Shown here: positions 8,920-18,689 of the stretch, one piece after another
Layout of the letters: every line of letters starts with the position of its first letter
Numbering within the stretch: the stretch's first letter is position 1
From: a virus
Taxonomy: Duplodnaviria; Caudoviricetes
Reading direction: 5' to 3' (one strand)
IMG/VR virus record: IMGVR_UViG_3300037067_027684
Coordinates: 96,001 to 160,000 of that record
DNA: 64,000 nucleotides
The notes under the pieces: generated by a model
The model's input: the letters and a program-made list of their open reading frames with translations, nothing else
What the model was told of the DNA's origin: nothing
The model's database searches: none
Made by a program: the position numbers and the translations under genes

Positions 8920-9172
8920 CGGAGCAGATGTTTCAATCCGATGGGTCAGGCATAGGAAGAAAGGTCATATTCCCTATGGAACTATGGCTTGGAATAAACG
9001 TTTCCTTGGAAAATGGCATGCCAAAATTGACGGCGAACCAAGAACATGTTGCGGTCGATATAGTTTGAACCCAATGTGTATGGCCACCAGCACCAAGAAA
9101 CGTCATCTCTGTGAACGATGTCGGAAGGCAATTGTGACACTCCACAAGGCAATGAGCGCTATGTGCTGCTAA
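8912..9172 (+). CDS. Hypothetical Cys/His-containing protein
   Basis: Overlaps the upstream stop; WH...CG...CERC. Confidence 0.55.
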   Translation: MDDGADVSIRWVRHRKKGHIPYGTMAWNKRFLGKWHAKIDGEPRTCCGRYSLNPMCMATSTKKRHLCERCRKAIVTLHKAMSAMCC

Positions 9173-9181
9173 TGGGGGATT

Positions 9182-9493
9182 ATGATGGCAAAACATAAAA
9201 CATTCCCAGAAACACTCTGGGAATCTGTGGAAAGAAACAAACAGAACGAGCAGAAGCAGAACGAGCAAAAACAAGAGGTAATAGCCCTAGCAGGCTACGC
9301 TCTTTTTCTTGGACGTTGGGATCAAGACGAATTGGCCGACATATGCAAATTAAGTCTTGATGATCTCATTCCAGACGGAATTAAAATGGAAGATGCACAA
9401 GATGCTGCTATACGAGCCAGTAATAAAATTTTCATGCGAAGTAAGAAGCTTTACACTATCCTAAAGCGTGTTGCGGCTTCACACTGTGATTAG
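9182..9493 (+). CDS. Hypothetical protein
   Basis: 103 aa; KQNEQ tandem duplication. Confidence 0.6.
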   Translation: MMAKHKTFPETLWESVERNKQNEQKQNEQKQEVIALAGYALFLGRWDQDELADICKLSLDDLIPDGIKMEDAQDAAIRASNKIFMRSKKLYTILKRVAASHCD

Positions 9494-9692
9494 AGGTATC
9501 AAAAATATGTCGGAGGTAATACAAATGGCATCGAAATCACTGAATGTTGACGAAAGCAAATGTTTGGTCGCCGTTCGTGATCGAAAAACCAAGCAAATGC
9601 GACAGTGTCGTAACAATCGTGCAGATGGAAAGTGTTGTGTTATTCACGCAACAGCACAAGATTGTGGCGATACTTTGACGTTTATTAAGTAA
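9468..9692 (+). CDS. Small Cys-rich hypothetical protein
   Basis: C...QC...CxxH pattern; likely start at an internal ATG. Confidence 0.5.
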   Translation: MLRLHTVIRGIKNMSEVIQMASKSLNVDESKCLVAVRDRKTKQMRQCRNNRADGKCCVIHATAQDCGDTLTFIK

Positions 9693-9702
9693 TCACCGTA
9701 TT

Positions 9703-10524
9703 GTGTTGTCCAACGTATATAAGAGCATGAGAGACAACACGAATCGATACCAAAATCTCCAACAAGAAAAGCAAGCTGCTGCTCCCTTATGTGCCTGTGG
9801 TTGTGGTCAAAAGGTCCTTTGGAATTTACATGGGCATTCCTATAGGAAGTATTTGTTCAATCATCATCAGAAAAGAATCTTTTCCGAAGTCCTCTCTCCA
9901 AGACAAGAACAAATAGTGAGAGGAACCCTACTCGGAGACGGAAGTCTCTCTTTCATAAAGAGTAGAAAGGGACCAGAATTAGGTGTTGCTCGATTGAGAG
10001 TACGACATTCAACTGTTCGTCAGAAGGATTATACTTGGTGGCTTTATGAGGAACTTAGGAATTTCACTTCTAGTCCCCCGAAAGAGGGGCCAAATAAAGG
10101 CTTTGGAGAAAGAGTTATTGCATTCAGTACGTGTTCTACCAAACAACTATATCAAATAGGCAAAGAAATTTACTCCCCAGTTAAGGGAGTGACATGGGAT
10201 TATTTACAAAAACTCGATGATCTTGGTTTGGCGATCTGGTTCATGGACGATGGATCAACAACCTCTTTTGCCACACATTCGTTTACGGTTCAAGAGAATG
10301 AAATAATTCAGCGTTGGTTTAAAGAAAGATGGAATTTAGAATGCCTAATACAAATAGACGAAAGAGTTAATAAGCCATTTATTCGCTTTAGACAACCCAA
10401 TGTCTATAAATTACATAAGATTGTTTTTCCACATGTATTACCAAGTCTTAGATATAAATTCAAATATTGCTTGCCATACCTACTGGCCGGAAAAGCATCT
10501 GTTTCAGAAGGTCTTCAAAGCTGA
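9703..10524 (+). CDS. Free-standing LAGLIDADG homing endonuclease with N-terminal CxCGCG motif
   Basis: GTLLGDGSL and LAIWFMDDGS motifs; A-rich composition distinct from flanks. Confidence 0.85.
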   Translation: MLSNVYKSMRDNTNRYQNLQQEKQAAAPLCACGCGQKVLWNLHGHSYRKYLFNHHQKRIFSEVLSPRQEQIVRGTLLGDGSLSFIKSRKGPELGVARLRVRHSTVRQKDYTWWLYEELRNFTSSPPKEGPNKGFGERVIAFSTCSTKQLYQIGKEIYSPVKGVTWDYLQKLDDLGLAIWFMDDGSTTSFATHSFTVQENEIIQRWFKERWNLECLIQIDERVNKPFIRFRQPNVYKLHKIVFPHVLPSLRYKFKYCLPYLLAGKASVSEGLQS

Positions 10525-10582
10525 TTTAGCCGTAGACACCAGATCACCCCACGATACCACGTCAAACCGAAAGGAGGAGTCC

Positions 10583-11779
10583 ATGCAAGCGCCTATCGAG
10601 ACGCGTGATTATCAACAGCGTATTATCACCAAAGTTCTTGCTGAATACAAAAAGGGACTTAAGTCAGTGTTATTGGTAAGTCCTTGTGGGTCCGGGAAAA
10701 CGGTAATGGGATTAAGTATTCTTAAAATTCTAGAAGAGCTAGATCCGACTCTGACATTTGGTTGGGTGACAATGCGTAGGAAGCTGTTGCAACAAGCATT
10801 CATAGAAAATGAACGCATTGGTGTTAAGAACATAGAATTCATTTCTATGTTCGATAGGAATCCACCGAAGAAAAGGTTTCTGGTGATTGATGAAGGGCAT
10901 CATGCTGCAGCGGCTACTTGTGCTAATCTTTATTCTATTATGGGCATTGAACGTTCGTTGGCTCTAACTGGCACTCCATTCCGTACTGACCGAATCAAGC
11001 TTTCTTTCGAAAAGATCGTGGATGATTGTGGTGTTCGTTTCCTGATTGAGAAGGGTTACTTGAGTCCGTATCAGCAGTTCGTGATTCCTAAATGGACTCC
11101 AGATACTGTTGCTAAGATGTTTCTACAAGACCCAAAACGTTGGGGTAAGTCTGTCATCTATATGAAGACAGTAGAGCTATGTGATGAAGTAGTCCGTCTC
11201 CTTGATCTGGGTGGCATTAGATCCAGAGTGATTCATGGTGGACAGTCGAATGAGACTCACGAAGAAATCTATGAATCCTTTGAATCTGGTGAGACACAAG
11301 CGTTGGTAAATGTCTACCTTCTCACTGAAGGTTTTGACCTTCCATCGCTGCAAACTGCCTGGATTAGAGATAGTGGGAAATTAACCTCTATTCAAATGGG
11401 AGGGAGAACGCTTCGTAAGGACCCGAATAATCCTGGTAAGATTGCGAATATTGTGCAGTCCGAGGAGACTTGGTTCCCTTATACGAAGGTGGCTAAGCCT
11501 AGTGGTGAGTTTGTGTGGCAGGATGAGGAATGGCGCTCGATTGAGGCTAATGAGCGGGTTGCTAATGTTAGTGATATGGTTCGCAATGAGATTTTGACGT
11601 TGCCTGTGGAGCTTCCGGCTTATTTGGAGTATGGTGCTGCTGGTTCTATTCGGGTGAATAAGAAGGGTAAGGTTACGGTGCGGAAGTCTCGTAAGGTTGT
11701 GTCTATGGTGGCTTCAATGTTGGGTGCTTTGGACGCTGGTGAGTTTGACGATGATGGGGATTTGGAGGCTGCGGTGTGA
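10583..11779 (+). CDS. Superfamily 2 DEAD/DEAH-box (ResIII-like) helicase
   Basis: RDYQ, SPCGSGKT, VIDEGHH, LTGTP, LTEGFDLP, QMGGRTLR; AAGGAGGAG RBS before ATG 10583. Confidence 0.92.
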   Translation: MQAPIETRDYQQRIITKVLAEYKKGLKSVLLVSPCGSGKTVMGLSILKILEELDPTLTFGWVTMRRKLLQQAFIENERIGVKNIEFISMFDRNPPKKRFLVIDEGHHAAAATCANLYSIMGIERSLALTGTPFRTDRIKLSFEKIVDDCGVRFLIEKGYLSPYQQFVIPKWTPDTVAKMFLQDPKRWGKSVIYMKTVELCDEVVRLLDLGGIRSRVIHGGQSNETHEEIYESFESGETQALVNVYLLTEGFDLPSLQTAWIRDSGKLTSIQMGGRTLRKDPNNPGKIANIVQSEETWFPYTKVAKPSGEFVWQDEEWRSIEANERVANVSDMVRNEILTLPVELPAYLEYGAAGSIRVNKKGKVTVRKSRKVVSMVASMLGALDAGEFDDDGDLEAAV

Positions 11780-11830
11780 AGCTCGTGATTATTATGGGTT
11801 GAAAATTCCAAAGGGAGAAGGGAGGTAGGC

Positions 11831-11983
11831 ATGTGGATTGTCATTTTGCTGGCCATAATCGGGGTTGCCTATGTTCTTCACTCTGTTGATAAGAGTGGGA
11901 TGCTAACTCTCTTGTTTATGGTTTTGGCCATGATTATTGCTGGAATATTCCGAATTTTAAATGTGATAAATACCAGCCTCTAA
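11831..11983 (+). CDS. Small two-TM membrane protein (not in ORF track)
   Basis: GGAGG RBS; MWIVILLAIIGVAYVLHSVDKSGMLTLLFMVLAMIIAGIFRILNVINTSL. Confidence 0.6.
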   Translation: MWIVILLAIIGVAYVLHSVDKSGMLTLLFMVLAMIIAGIFRILNVINTSL

Positions 11984-12061
11984 GCGCAACAGTTTTCTGC
12001 TGTGCTTCCGGCGATACTCCGTAGGAGAGGGTGATGGGGAGAGACTCCCCAAGAGGAGAAA

Positions 12062-12283
12062 ATGTCAAAACCCAAACCAAAATTGAAGAGACTGAGGTTA
12101 GAGCAGTTTGCTAATGACTTTATTGATAGGTATAAGCATATTGTAGATGAATTCATTGATGATCTTGATGTTATGAATAATGTGGTTTATGACGATGGAT
12201 CAGATGATGAACAGATTGAGAATCGAAAGCAAGTTCGTATTTTTCTAATCGATCGGCTCACAACTCACCTCAAGAATCGTTGA
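12062..12283 (+). CDS. Hypothetical protein
   Basis: GAGGAG RBS. Confidence 0.65.
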   Translation: MSKPKPKLKRLRLEQFANDFIDRYKHIVDEFIDDLDVMNNVVYDDGSDDEQIENRKQVRIFLIDRLTTHLKNR

Positions 12284-12296
12284 AGAGGAGGAAGAA

Positions 12297-13457
12297 ATGA
12301 CTGTTACACTTCCGACGTTTGAGTACAGCGTTCTGAGGATCAAGGATCTAGAAGTTGTAAGCACGATTTCTCCTGAGGGAGCGATTGTTGTAGACCATAT
12401 TAAAACTGGTGGCAAGATTCTAAATCCTTCTCGGAGGTTCTGGGATAGTCTTTGCGCTCGTTTTGGTTTCGGTCCAAGTATTTTCAAATATTTCTCTCAT
12501 GCTGAAGTTTTCCAACGGATTAGTGAGAAATCGTCCAAGGACATGGTTCGGCTGGCTGTCCAGATGACCCCTTATGGTTTTGAGTCTCCGAAGGACTGGA
12601 AGCCGAAGTTACTGGCGCTTTCTAGCCCTAAGGGTAAGGCGGTTTTGACCAATACTGACATGATTCAGGTTTTTGAGGAATTGCCCTTGCTCTCAATGAC
12701 TTATCATGATGGTATTGTTACTTCGACTCATCCTTGTCGGAATGTTATGAGTTGGGATATTGAGGGTGCGACTTTTACTTCGCAGTTGATGATGGAGACT
12801 CCTCTTGATGGTTATGGGAAGCCGACTGTTTGGTTGTCTGTGGCCAAGGAACTTGGGGGTGAGGATGGTGTTACTTTTACTGCTTATTCTAAGAAGTTTA
12901 GGAGTGGGATTATTCTTGGCGATAAGAGTGCCGCCTTTACTTTGAAGCGGGCTGTTGAGTCATTTTCGAATGAGGATGGTTTTGTGGCGTTGAAGCAGCG
13001 TATGGAGGCTGCTACTAATTCTTGGTCTTCTGTTTCTGAGTGTGTTCGTTTGACTCGGATTTTGTATTCTCTGAAGAATTCGGATTTCAATCCCGATTAT
13101 GCGTTGACTGTTGTTCCCAATGGCGTTGACTCTCTTGAGGGGACTCTTCGGAATCGGTTGATTTCTGCTCTTCATGAGATTACTGGTGATATTAGGACGC
13201 TATATGGTGTGGCTCAGTTGGATTCGATTTCTGAGAAGAAGATGAAGTTGCTTCCTACGAAGTGTAGGATGTTTACTTTGATGGATTTTGCTACTGATAT
13301 TGCTACTCGTCAGGTTTTGCCTGAGGCTGCTCGTCGGCTTCGGTCTTATTTTGGTGAGTTGATTTCTAATGAGTATGATTTGGAATCTTCTGGTGAGAAG
13401 TTTGGGTCGTTCCAAGACTTTGTTGATAAGTCTGAATTCAAGAAGGAGGCGGTATAA
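12297..13457 (+). CDS. DUF932-like protein
   Basis: RFWDSLCARFGFGPSIFKYFSHAEVF, ETPLDGYGKP, EYDLE resemble a family I recall from planctomycetes. Confidence 0.6.
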   Translation: MTVTLPTFEYSVLRIKDLEVVSTISPEGAIVVDHIKTGGKILNPSRRFWDSLCARFGFGPSIFKYFSHAEVFQRISEKSSKDMVRLAVQMTPYGFESPKDWKPKLLALSSPKGKAVLTNTDMIQVFEELPLLSMTYHDGIVTSTHPCRNVMSWDIEGATFTSQLMMETPLDGYGKPTVWLSVAKELGGEDGVTFTAYSKKFRSGIILGDKSAAFTLKRAVESFSNEDGFVALKQRMEAATNSWSSVSECVRLTRILYSLKNSDFNPDYALTVVPNGVDSLEGTLRNRLISALHEITGDIRTLYGVAQLDSISEKKMKLLPTKCRMFTLMDFATDIATRQVLPEAARRLRSYFGELISNEYDLESSGEKFGSFQDFVDKSEFKKEAV

Positions 13458-13672
13458 TGGATCGTTCTCCACTTGGGTGTGCAATTGCACAACACTTGAC
13501 TGCTGCTCTTCTTGGTGTTGATACGAGCAATTATGAGAGTCGTGCTACGGCAGTCTATGCTGAATGTTCGGGTATTGCTAGGGAACAAAAGGTTGGCGAT
13601 TGGATTGAGATGCCAGATGGGACTGTTTACACAATGACGTTTAAGCCAAAGAAAGGAGATTCGAATGCCTAA
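13457..13672 (+). CDS. Hypothetical protein
   Basis: TAATG coupling, GGAGG RBS. Confidence 0.6.
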   Translation: MDRSPLGCAIAQHLTAALLGVDTSNYESRATAVYAECSGIAREQKVGDWIEMPDGTVYTMTFKPKKGDSNA

Positions 13673-13955
13673 AACAGCCAAAGAACTTGCTATTGGGATT
13701 GTTAAATGGTTAGAGCTTGATCCCGACATGAAGTGTGAGATCGTTGAAAAGAAAGATGGGTCGATTGATATTAACCTTGCCTCAGAGGGAGAGGAATTCT
13801 TCATCCAGGACTTTGCTGAATCTGGCATGAATATTAAGCAGATTGGTTCTTGTAAGCATGACGGTCGAACTGAGAATATTTTCGAAGTTAATGGCGACCT
13901 TTTCGGCGAGAATGCCAAGGCGATTGCGATTTGGGTAATTGGAGACACCTTCTAA
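13665..13955 (+). CDS. Hypothetical protein
   Basis: AAGGAG RBS. Confidence 0.65.
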   Translation: MPKTAKELAIGIVKWLELDPDMKCEIVEKKDGSIDINLASEGEEFFIQDFAESGMNIKQIGSCKHDGRTENIFEVNGDLFGENAKAIAIWVIGDTF

Positions 13956-14491
13956 TGAATACTTTCACCCAATGCGCGGTCTGTGGACAGAAATGCGAAG
14001 ACGGATCATTGTGTGGAACATGCGCAAAAACTCCTTCAATGCGAAAATTAACTGACCGTGAAGTTCTCGATCTGGCAACCAAGATTAAGCATCGCCAAAT
14101 CATGTTGGCTTATGGGGCCTATTGTCGAATGCTTTATGGTTCGAAAGCTGCGATTTTTGAGATTAGTCTCCAAACTGAAGTGGATTCCCATAGTGGTGAA
14201 TATTCCAGGATCAAGCGCGTTTATGTGAAGGATGATCACGGTGATATTCTACAACCAGATTTCTCTTTGCCTTTTTGGTTGGACATGGCAAAGGAGGGTG
14301 GTAGAGTTATTGCTGGTAAGGCTGTAATTCCAAATGATTGGGTTGCGAACATTATTAATGAGTTGATTGATGATAGTTGTCTTCCGATTGTGGTTGAGAA
14401 TATTGAGCATCACCTTGATGAACCTGAGACTCTTCCTGATGTCTTTGTGGAGGATGAGCCATGCAATTGCAAGGCTTCACAACCTACTTGA
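13955..14491 (+). CDS. Hypothetical protein with N-terminal Zn finger
   Basis: CAVC...CGTC; TAATG coupling. Confidence 0.65.
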   Translation: MNTFTQCAVCGQKCEDGSLCGTCAKTPSMRKLTDREVLDLATKIKHRQIMLAYGAYCRMLYGSKAAIFEISLQTEVDSHSGEYSRIKRVYVKDDHGDILQPDFSLPFWLDMAKEGGRVIAGKAVIPNDWVANIINELIDDSCLPIVVENIEHHLDEPETLPDVFVEDEPCNCKASQPT

Positions 14492-15186
14492 AGGATGACC
14501 AATATTGGTCTTATAAGGTTCGTAGTGATGTTGAATTGGAGATTGAGAAGGGTACTTTACAGGGTGGTTTCGATAATGTAATTTGGCCTTTTAATTGTCG
14601 AGCTGAATTGGACAAATGGCTTAGAAAGAATATCACTCGATGTGTTAAGTTGGGTTTCAAATTAGCTGCTGAGAGTGTTGTTGAGTCTAAGTCGGATGAT
14701 GCGTTACTGTTGGGTCAAGGTGTGTCGATTGTTGGTGTTCATTGGGTTGATAGGTTTGCTGTTGATGAGTTCAGGGATGTTGGGCGTGATTTGAGATTTT
14801 TGAAGGAATATGATCCGAATGGTTTGATTTTGGTAGAGGTTCTGAATCGGGGTATTGTGAGTTTCTTCCTTTTGTCTAAGAAAGAATCTTGGATTTTGGT
14901 TAATGCTGAGCGTAATGGTACTGATTTGAAGTTTGAGGGTGCGGCTCCTAGTTTCTTTTATCCTGAGGCGTTGATTTTTATTAGTAAAACTAGGTCCCTT
15001 CTAAGGAGGTTTTCGCATTTCGTTAGGAAGCGTGTTAAGAAGGCTGGTTATGAGATGGGAAATTTGTCTTTGTTTGATGGCGTTGATGTTAGTGATGCGT
15101 CGATGGTTCGGGTTTTCTCTACTGAGATTGGTGAGCAGGTACAGAAGCAGTTTAGGGATTTGGGTGACAGAGTTTTGTCTTTATAA
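14461..15186 (+). CDS. Degenerate WGR-like protein, paralog of 28831..29559, with C-terminal LGDRVLSL tag
   Basis: Collinear similarity to the 28831 ORF; ends QFRDLGDRVLSL. Confidence 0.7.
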   Translation: MQLQGFTTYLKDDQYWSYKVRSDVELEIEKGTLQGGFDNVIWPFNCRAELDKWLRKNITRCVKLGFKLAAESVVESKSDDALLLGQGVSIVGVHWVDRFAVDEFRDVGRDLRFLKEYDPNGLILVEVLNRGIVSFFLLSKKESWILVNAERNGTDLKFEGAAPSFFYPEALIFISKTRSLLRRFSHFVRKRVKKAGYEMGNLSLFDGVDVSDASMVRVFSTEIGEQVQKQFRDLGDRVLSL

Positions 15187-15196
15187 GGAGCTGAGA

Positions 15197-15355
15197 ATGA
15201 AACAGGTAACGCGAGTGACTCAATCTCCACTCAATAAGTTGAGATGGTGTCTTGATCTGGAATGTGGTCATGATGAGTGGGTTACGTCGAAGCGTCGTCC
15301 AACCACTAAGAAGTATAAGTGTTCTAGATGTCCGAAGGAGGCTGATAATGGATAA
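15197..15355 (+). CDS. Small Zn-ribbon protein
   Basis: AAGGAG RBS; LECGH...CSRC. Confidence 0.6.
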   Translation: MKQVTRVTQSPLNKLRWCLDLECGHDEWVTSKRRPTTKKYKCSRCPKEADNG

Positions 15356-15677
15356 GGGCATTCTGGTTGTTTGGGTTCAGACTATGGTTGGTAGGGGTTT
15401 GCTTACTAGTTCAGATTCCTATGTTCTGAAGAAAGAGACGTTCAAGCGATTTAAGAGGATTCTTTTATCAGAAATGAAGTTGTCTAAGGACAATGCGCTG
15501 GACAGTGAGTCTTTGTCTGGTAGGTATTATTCTTCGATGGTGAGTGATGCGACTGAGTTTGATAAGATGGTGGTTGTTCAGTCGCTTGAGACTGTTAGAA
15601 TTCCAGGTGAGGACGATTCTGATGCTTTGATTCAGCATAAGTTTAAGGAATACGAAGTTTCTGGTGTCTCTAAGTGA
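15348..15677 (+). CDS. Hypothetical protein
   Basis: AAGGAGG RBS. Confidence 0.6.
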   Translation: MDKGILVVWVQTMVGRGLLTSSDSYVLKKETFKRFKRILLSEMKLSKDNALDSESLSGRYYSSMVSDATEFDKMVVVQSLETVRIPGEDDSDALIQHKFKEYEVSGVSK

Positions 15678-15708
15678 GATAAATGGGTAGAGAAAAGGAG
15701 ATTCAAAA

Positions 15709-16221
15709 ATGTGGAAATCTGTGTTGGTTCTGTTGCTGGTTCTCTGTGGCTGCTCTAACTCTGAAAAGCTTAAAGCTGAGTTTCAGACAGAGACTAAAGA
15801 TATTTCAGTCCTCTTGAAAAATCTACATAAGTCTCTATCTGTAGGAGTTTCCAAAGATGCTTTGGATTTGTCTACCAGAGAATTTAAGTACCTGAATGAA
15901 CAACTGCAGAGTAATAAGAAAATGGCTGAGCGTTATCCTGAACTTATGGATAAATTGAAGCATTTGTCTTATGATTTGACATTTGTGTATTATGCTTGGA
16001 CGAATATGGATTTTGGCGACAATGAATTGGATATTGATGACTCGTCTTTGGGTGAGATATGGGAAACACACCCTGAACTTAAGAAAGAGACATCCGAAGG
16101 TGGTCTTCTGCTTAATGGTAAGGTGTCAATCCGATTGGCTATGCCGATTATTCTGAGTATGCTGTCTGATTCTGTGGGTGGGGTTCTGGATGAACTTAAG
16201 AATCCCACGATGAAGAAATAG
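15709..16221 (+). CDS. Putative lipoprotein
   Basis: MWKSVLVLLLVLCGC lipobox-type signal. Confidence 0.7.
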   Translation: MWKSVLVLLLVLCGCSNSEKLKAEFQTETKDISVLLKNLHKSLSVGVSKDALDLSTREFKYLNEQLQSNKKMAERYPELMDKLKHLSYDLTFVYYAWTNMDFGDNELDIDDSSLGEIWETHPELKKETSEGGLLLNGKVSIRLAMPIILSMLSDSVGGVLDELKNPTMKK

Positions 16222-16228
16222 TTTGCTA

Positions 16229-16256
16229 CCTCCCTGTAGGGGCTAGCGGATGCCAT
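16229..16256 (+). promoter_or_regulatory. CCTCCC-N16-TGCCAT motif copy 3
   Basis: cctccc tgtaggggctagcgga tgccat; intergenic. Confidence 0.6.
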
Positions 16257-16272
16257 TGTGTTATTAGGCCAA

Positions 16273-16667
16273 GAATAAAAGGAGATTCAAAATGGCTAAA
16301 TTACGTATACAACTTGGAACAGATGGCTATTGGGGAGATGATCCTAGCGAATCATTTCGAGATGGTAGTCGTGACTTTCGCAAGTCCTTTGCAAAGATTG
16401 AAGAGAAGCTAGAACTTAAAGAGGTTGATTCCGGTTATGATGGCGACGGCGTTGGGTATTTTGAATATGAAGCTCTTAGTCTAAAAGATGAGAAACAAGT
16501 TGAAGAAGTCCTTGGTTCAATCAAAGATTGTGACCTGAATTCCGTCGAGAAGGTTGATGATAAGTTTGTGGTTGAGATGTGTGTTGTAAATCCAAATCCG
16601 TCTGACGAAGAGGGTGATGAAGAAGGTTGGTAGAAACCAGGAATAAAAGGAGATTCAAAATGGCTAA
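16273..16667 (+). repeat. 27-bp direct repeats bracketing gene 16292..16633
   Basis: GAATAAAAGGAGATTCAAAATGGCTAA at 16273-16299 and 16641-16667. Confidence 0.75.
16292..16633 (+). CDS. Acidic hypothetical protein
   Basis: AAGGAG RBS. Confidence 0.7.
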   Translation: MAKLRIQLGTDGYWGDDPSESFRDGSRDFRKSFAKIEEKLELKEVDSGYDGDGVGYFEYEALSLKDEKQVEEVLGSIKDCDLNSVEKVDDKFVVEMCVVNPNPSDEEGDEEGW

Positions 16668-17517
16668 GAAGGGTGCCGCAGCACTGTTGGGCAAGTTCAC
16701 GAAGACCGAGGAAAAGAAGAGTAAGAGTGAAACTCCGTTTGTGGAGTTGAAGCCCACTACCGAGAATGTTGAAGCAATCATCAACTGGGTTCGCCACAAG
16801 CGTCAGGAACGTGCGTCTGAGACTGCTCGTAAGCAGCAAGAAGAGCTTATTCGTCCGGAGAGTATTGCCGCCCGCAAGGATCATTGTATGAAGGTGCAGA
16901 AATTTACATCTACGGTCAAAGTCAAGGTTGATTCTCGTGAGTATAAGAAGGCGAAATTGGCTCTGGCCAAGACTGCTGATGAGAAGAAGGAAATTGAAGC
17001 TCTTGAGGATGAGTACATTCTGACGTTCGTGACTCAGGATAAGTACAGCGATATTCCTCTGGATCGTGAGCCTGCTTTGAAGGCTACAATTGCTCAGATT
17101 TTTGGTATTAAGGCTAAAACTCCTGAGGAATTGAAGCTTGATCCTAAGACCGATAAGGCTATTCAGGATCAGCTTATTCAGGAGGAGTTGGATTCTGCTC
17201 TTGAGAATAAGTTCAATGAGTTGTTTGTTGTTGAACCTACGATTAAGATTAGTGATGCTGGTAAGCTTCAACTGGATGATTTGCTTCCTAAGATCATTCG
17301 GGCTTGTGGTGGTGAGAAGAAGCCCGATGAGAAGGAAGAGGAGTTCCAGGAGCGGTGTGAGGCTGAATTTGCAAAGTTCTTCACGGTGACTCAGGTTTAT
17401 ACGCCGACTGAGGCTATGCATCAGGGTCGGGTGCTGAATCCTACGATTGCTGCTTTTGCGGATGAGGCAATTAAGAATGGCTTGATTAAGCATAATTCTC
17501 CCTCGTTCAAGGAGTAA
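16660..17517 (+). CDS. Hypothetical charged helical protein
   Basis: AAGGAG RBS before ATG 16660; 285 aa. Confidence 0.75.
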   Translation: MAKKGAAALLGKFTKTEEKKSKSETPFVELKPTTENVEAIINWVRHKRQERASETARKQQEELIRPESIAARKDHCMKVQKFTSTVKVKVDSREYKKAKLALAKTADEKKEIEALEDEYILTFVTQDKYSDIPLDREPALKATIAQIFGIKAKTPEELKLDPKTDKAIQDQLIQEELDSALENKFNELFVVEPTIKISDAGKLQLDDLLPKIIRACGGEKKPDEKEEEFQERCEAEFAKFFTVTQVYTPTEAMHQGRVLNPTIAAFADEAIKNGLIKHNSPSFKE

Positions 17518-17529
17518 TCAAGCGTGGTT

Positions 17530-17556
17530 GGTGCCCGTCCAAATCGGACGGGCACC
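17530..17556 (+). terminator. GC-rich hairpin
   Basis: GGTGCCCGTCC-AAATC-GGACGGGCACC downstream of 17517. Confidence 0.55.
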
Positions 17557-17573
17557 ACTGTAAGGAGCCAGAT

Positions 17574-17987
17574 ATGCAAGCTTTGATGAATAAGAGGGTT
17601 AGGTATGAGTTGTCTAAAGTTGCGCCGTCGATTCACTTTGCGGTAGATTGGGAAGTTGACCCATATTTCATATGGAATGGTTTTGGGCCAGACCCACGAA
17701 ATAAGGGTTACTATCCTCATGATGTGACGGTAACGGCAACTGTTATTATTAATGGTGATTTAGTTAAAGGTCAAAATGTCCTTGGTGGGTCTTATGATAA
17801 GCCAGGGAAACTTTGTCGTAATGTACATGGTTATTTGCTTCAAATGATTGATGAGGCTATTGATGATTTGAGGAAGAAGGTGGGGGTAACTGGTCTGTGT
17901 TTGACGTGTGAGATGCACAAGGCGCAATCCTTGCTAAAGAAATTAATGACGCAGGCATACAACAGACAGCGGAAGGGCAAGAAATGA
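17574..17987 (+). CDS. Hypothetical protein
   Basis: AAGGAG RBS. Confidence 0.7.
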   Translation: MQALMNKRVRYELSKVAPSIHFAVDWEVDPYFIWNGFGPDPRNKGYYPHDVTVTATVIINGDLVKGQNVLGGSYDKPGKLCRNVHGYLLQMIDEAIDDLRKKVGVTGLCLTCEMHKAQSLLKKLMTQAYNRQRKGKK

Positions 17988-18196
17988 CACCACACCCAAT
18001 CGTTGGTGCTTTGATTGACCAAGATCGATTCAAGTCCTCAGGAAAATGTGAGCAGTGTGGTAAGGAAGCTGATTTGAGACCTTATGGGCCGAATGGCCAA
18101 AAGATTTGTGTTGAATGTGGTTGTAAAGACGAAGAGGCAACAATTAAACGCATTAAAGCCCTTTTTGAACCATTGATTTTTGGAGGTAAGAAATGA
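17984..18196 (+). CDS. Small Zn-finger protein
   Basis: CEQCG...LRPYGPNG..ICVEC. Confidence 0.65.
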   Translation: MTPHPIVGALIDQDRFKSSGKCEQCGKEADLRPYGPNGQKICVECGCKDEEATIKRIKALFEPLIFGGKK

Positions 18197-18396
18197 TCAA
18201 AGCTAATGTTTATATTGTTCCCGTCCAAAATGGTTATGCTGGTTCGGTTTTGAATGCAAGATATCTTGGTTCGGTTGAGGCCAATGTGTTGGAGCTTGAG
18301 GACACTCTTCGTAAAATTCCTCTTGTTTGTGGAGTTAGCAGTTTTCCTACTAAGGGTGGGGTTGATGTTGTGATTCACAAACATGTGAAGAATTAG
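18193..18396 (+). CDS. Hypothetical protein
   Basis: ATGA coupling. Confidence 0.55.
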   Translation: MIKANVYIVPVQNGYAGSVLNARYLGSVEANVLELEDTLRKIPLVCGVSSFPTKGGVDVVIHKHVKN

Positions 18397-18405
18397 GAGA
18401 GGGTT

Positions 18406-18660
18406 ATGGATCAGAAAAAACTGACTGACTTAGAGCAGAGAATGTTCAAGGCACTTATGGAGGCCGATGTAGCTTTTGCGGTCTTTAACATTACTGAGGT
18501 TACGCCTCAGGCTCGTGCTTCTTTGATTAAGGCTTGGCCGCTGGTTCAGGATTGCATTGCGGAGGTTAAGGGTGAGGATTCCGCTTATGCCGAAGCTATT
18601 CGTCTGGCTCGTGCTGAGGATACAAAGTGGTGGACGATGCATTCTTCGCCCCAAGAATAA
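18406..18660 (+). CDS. Hypothetical protein
   Basis: AGGAG RBS. Confidence 0.6.
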   Translation: MDQKKLTDLEQRMFKALMEADVAFAVFNITEVTPQARASLIKAWPLVQDCIAEVKGEDSAYAEAIRLARAEDTKWWTMHSSPQE

Positions 18661-18689
18661 ATTTCAAACCAGCCTAGAAAGGAGGAGAC

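Noticed and set aside
10400-10582. N-terminal extension of the helicase overlapping the LAGLIDADG gene, or a group I intron
   Set aside because: A strong RBS precedes ATG 10583. No split host gene or intron core was evident around the endonuclease.
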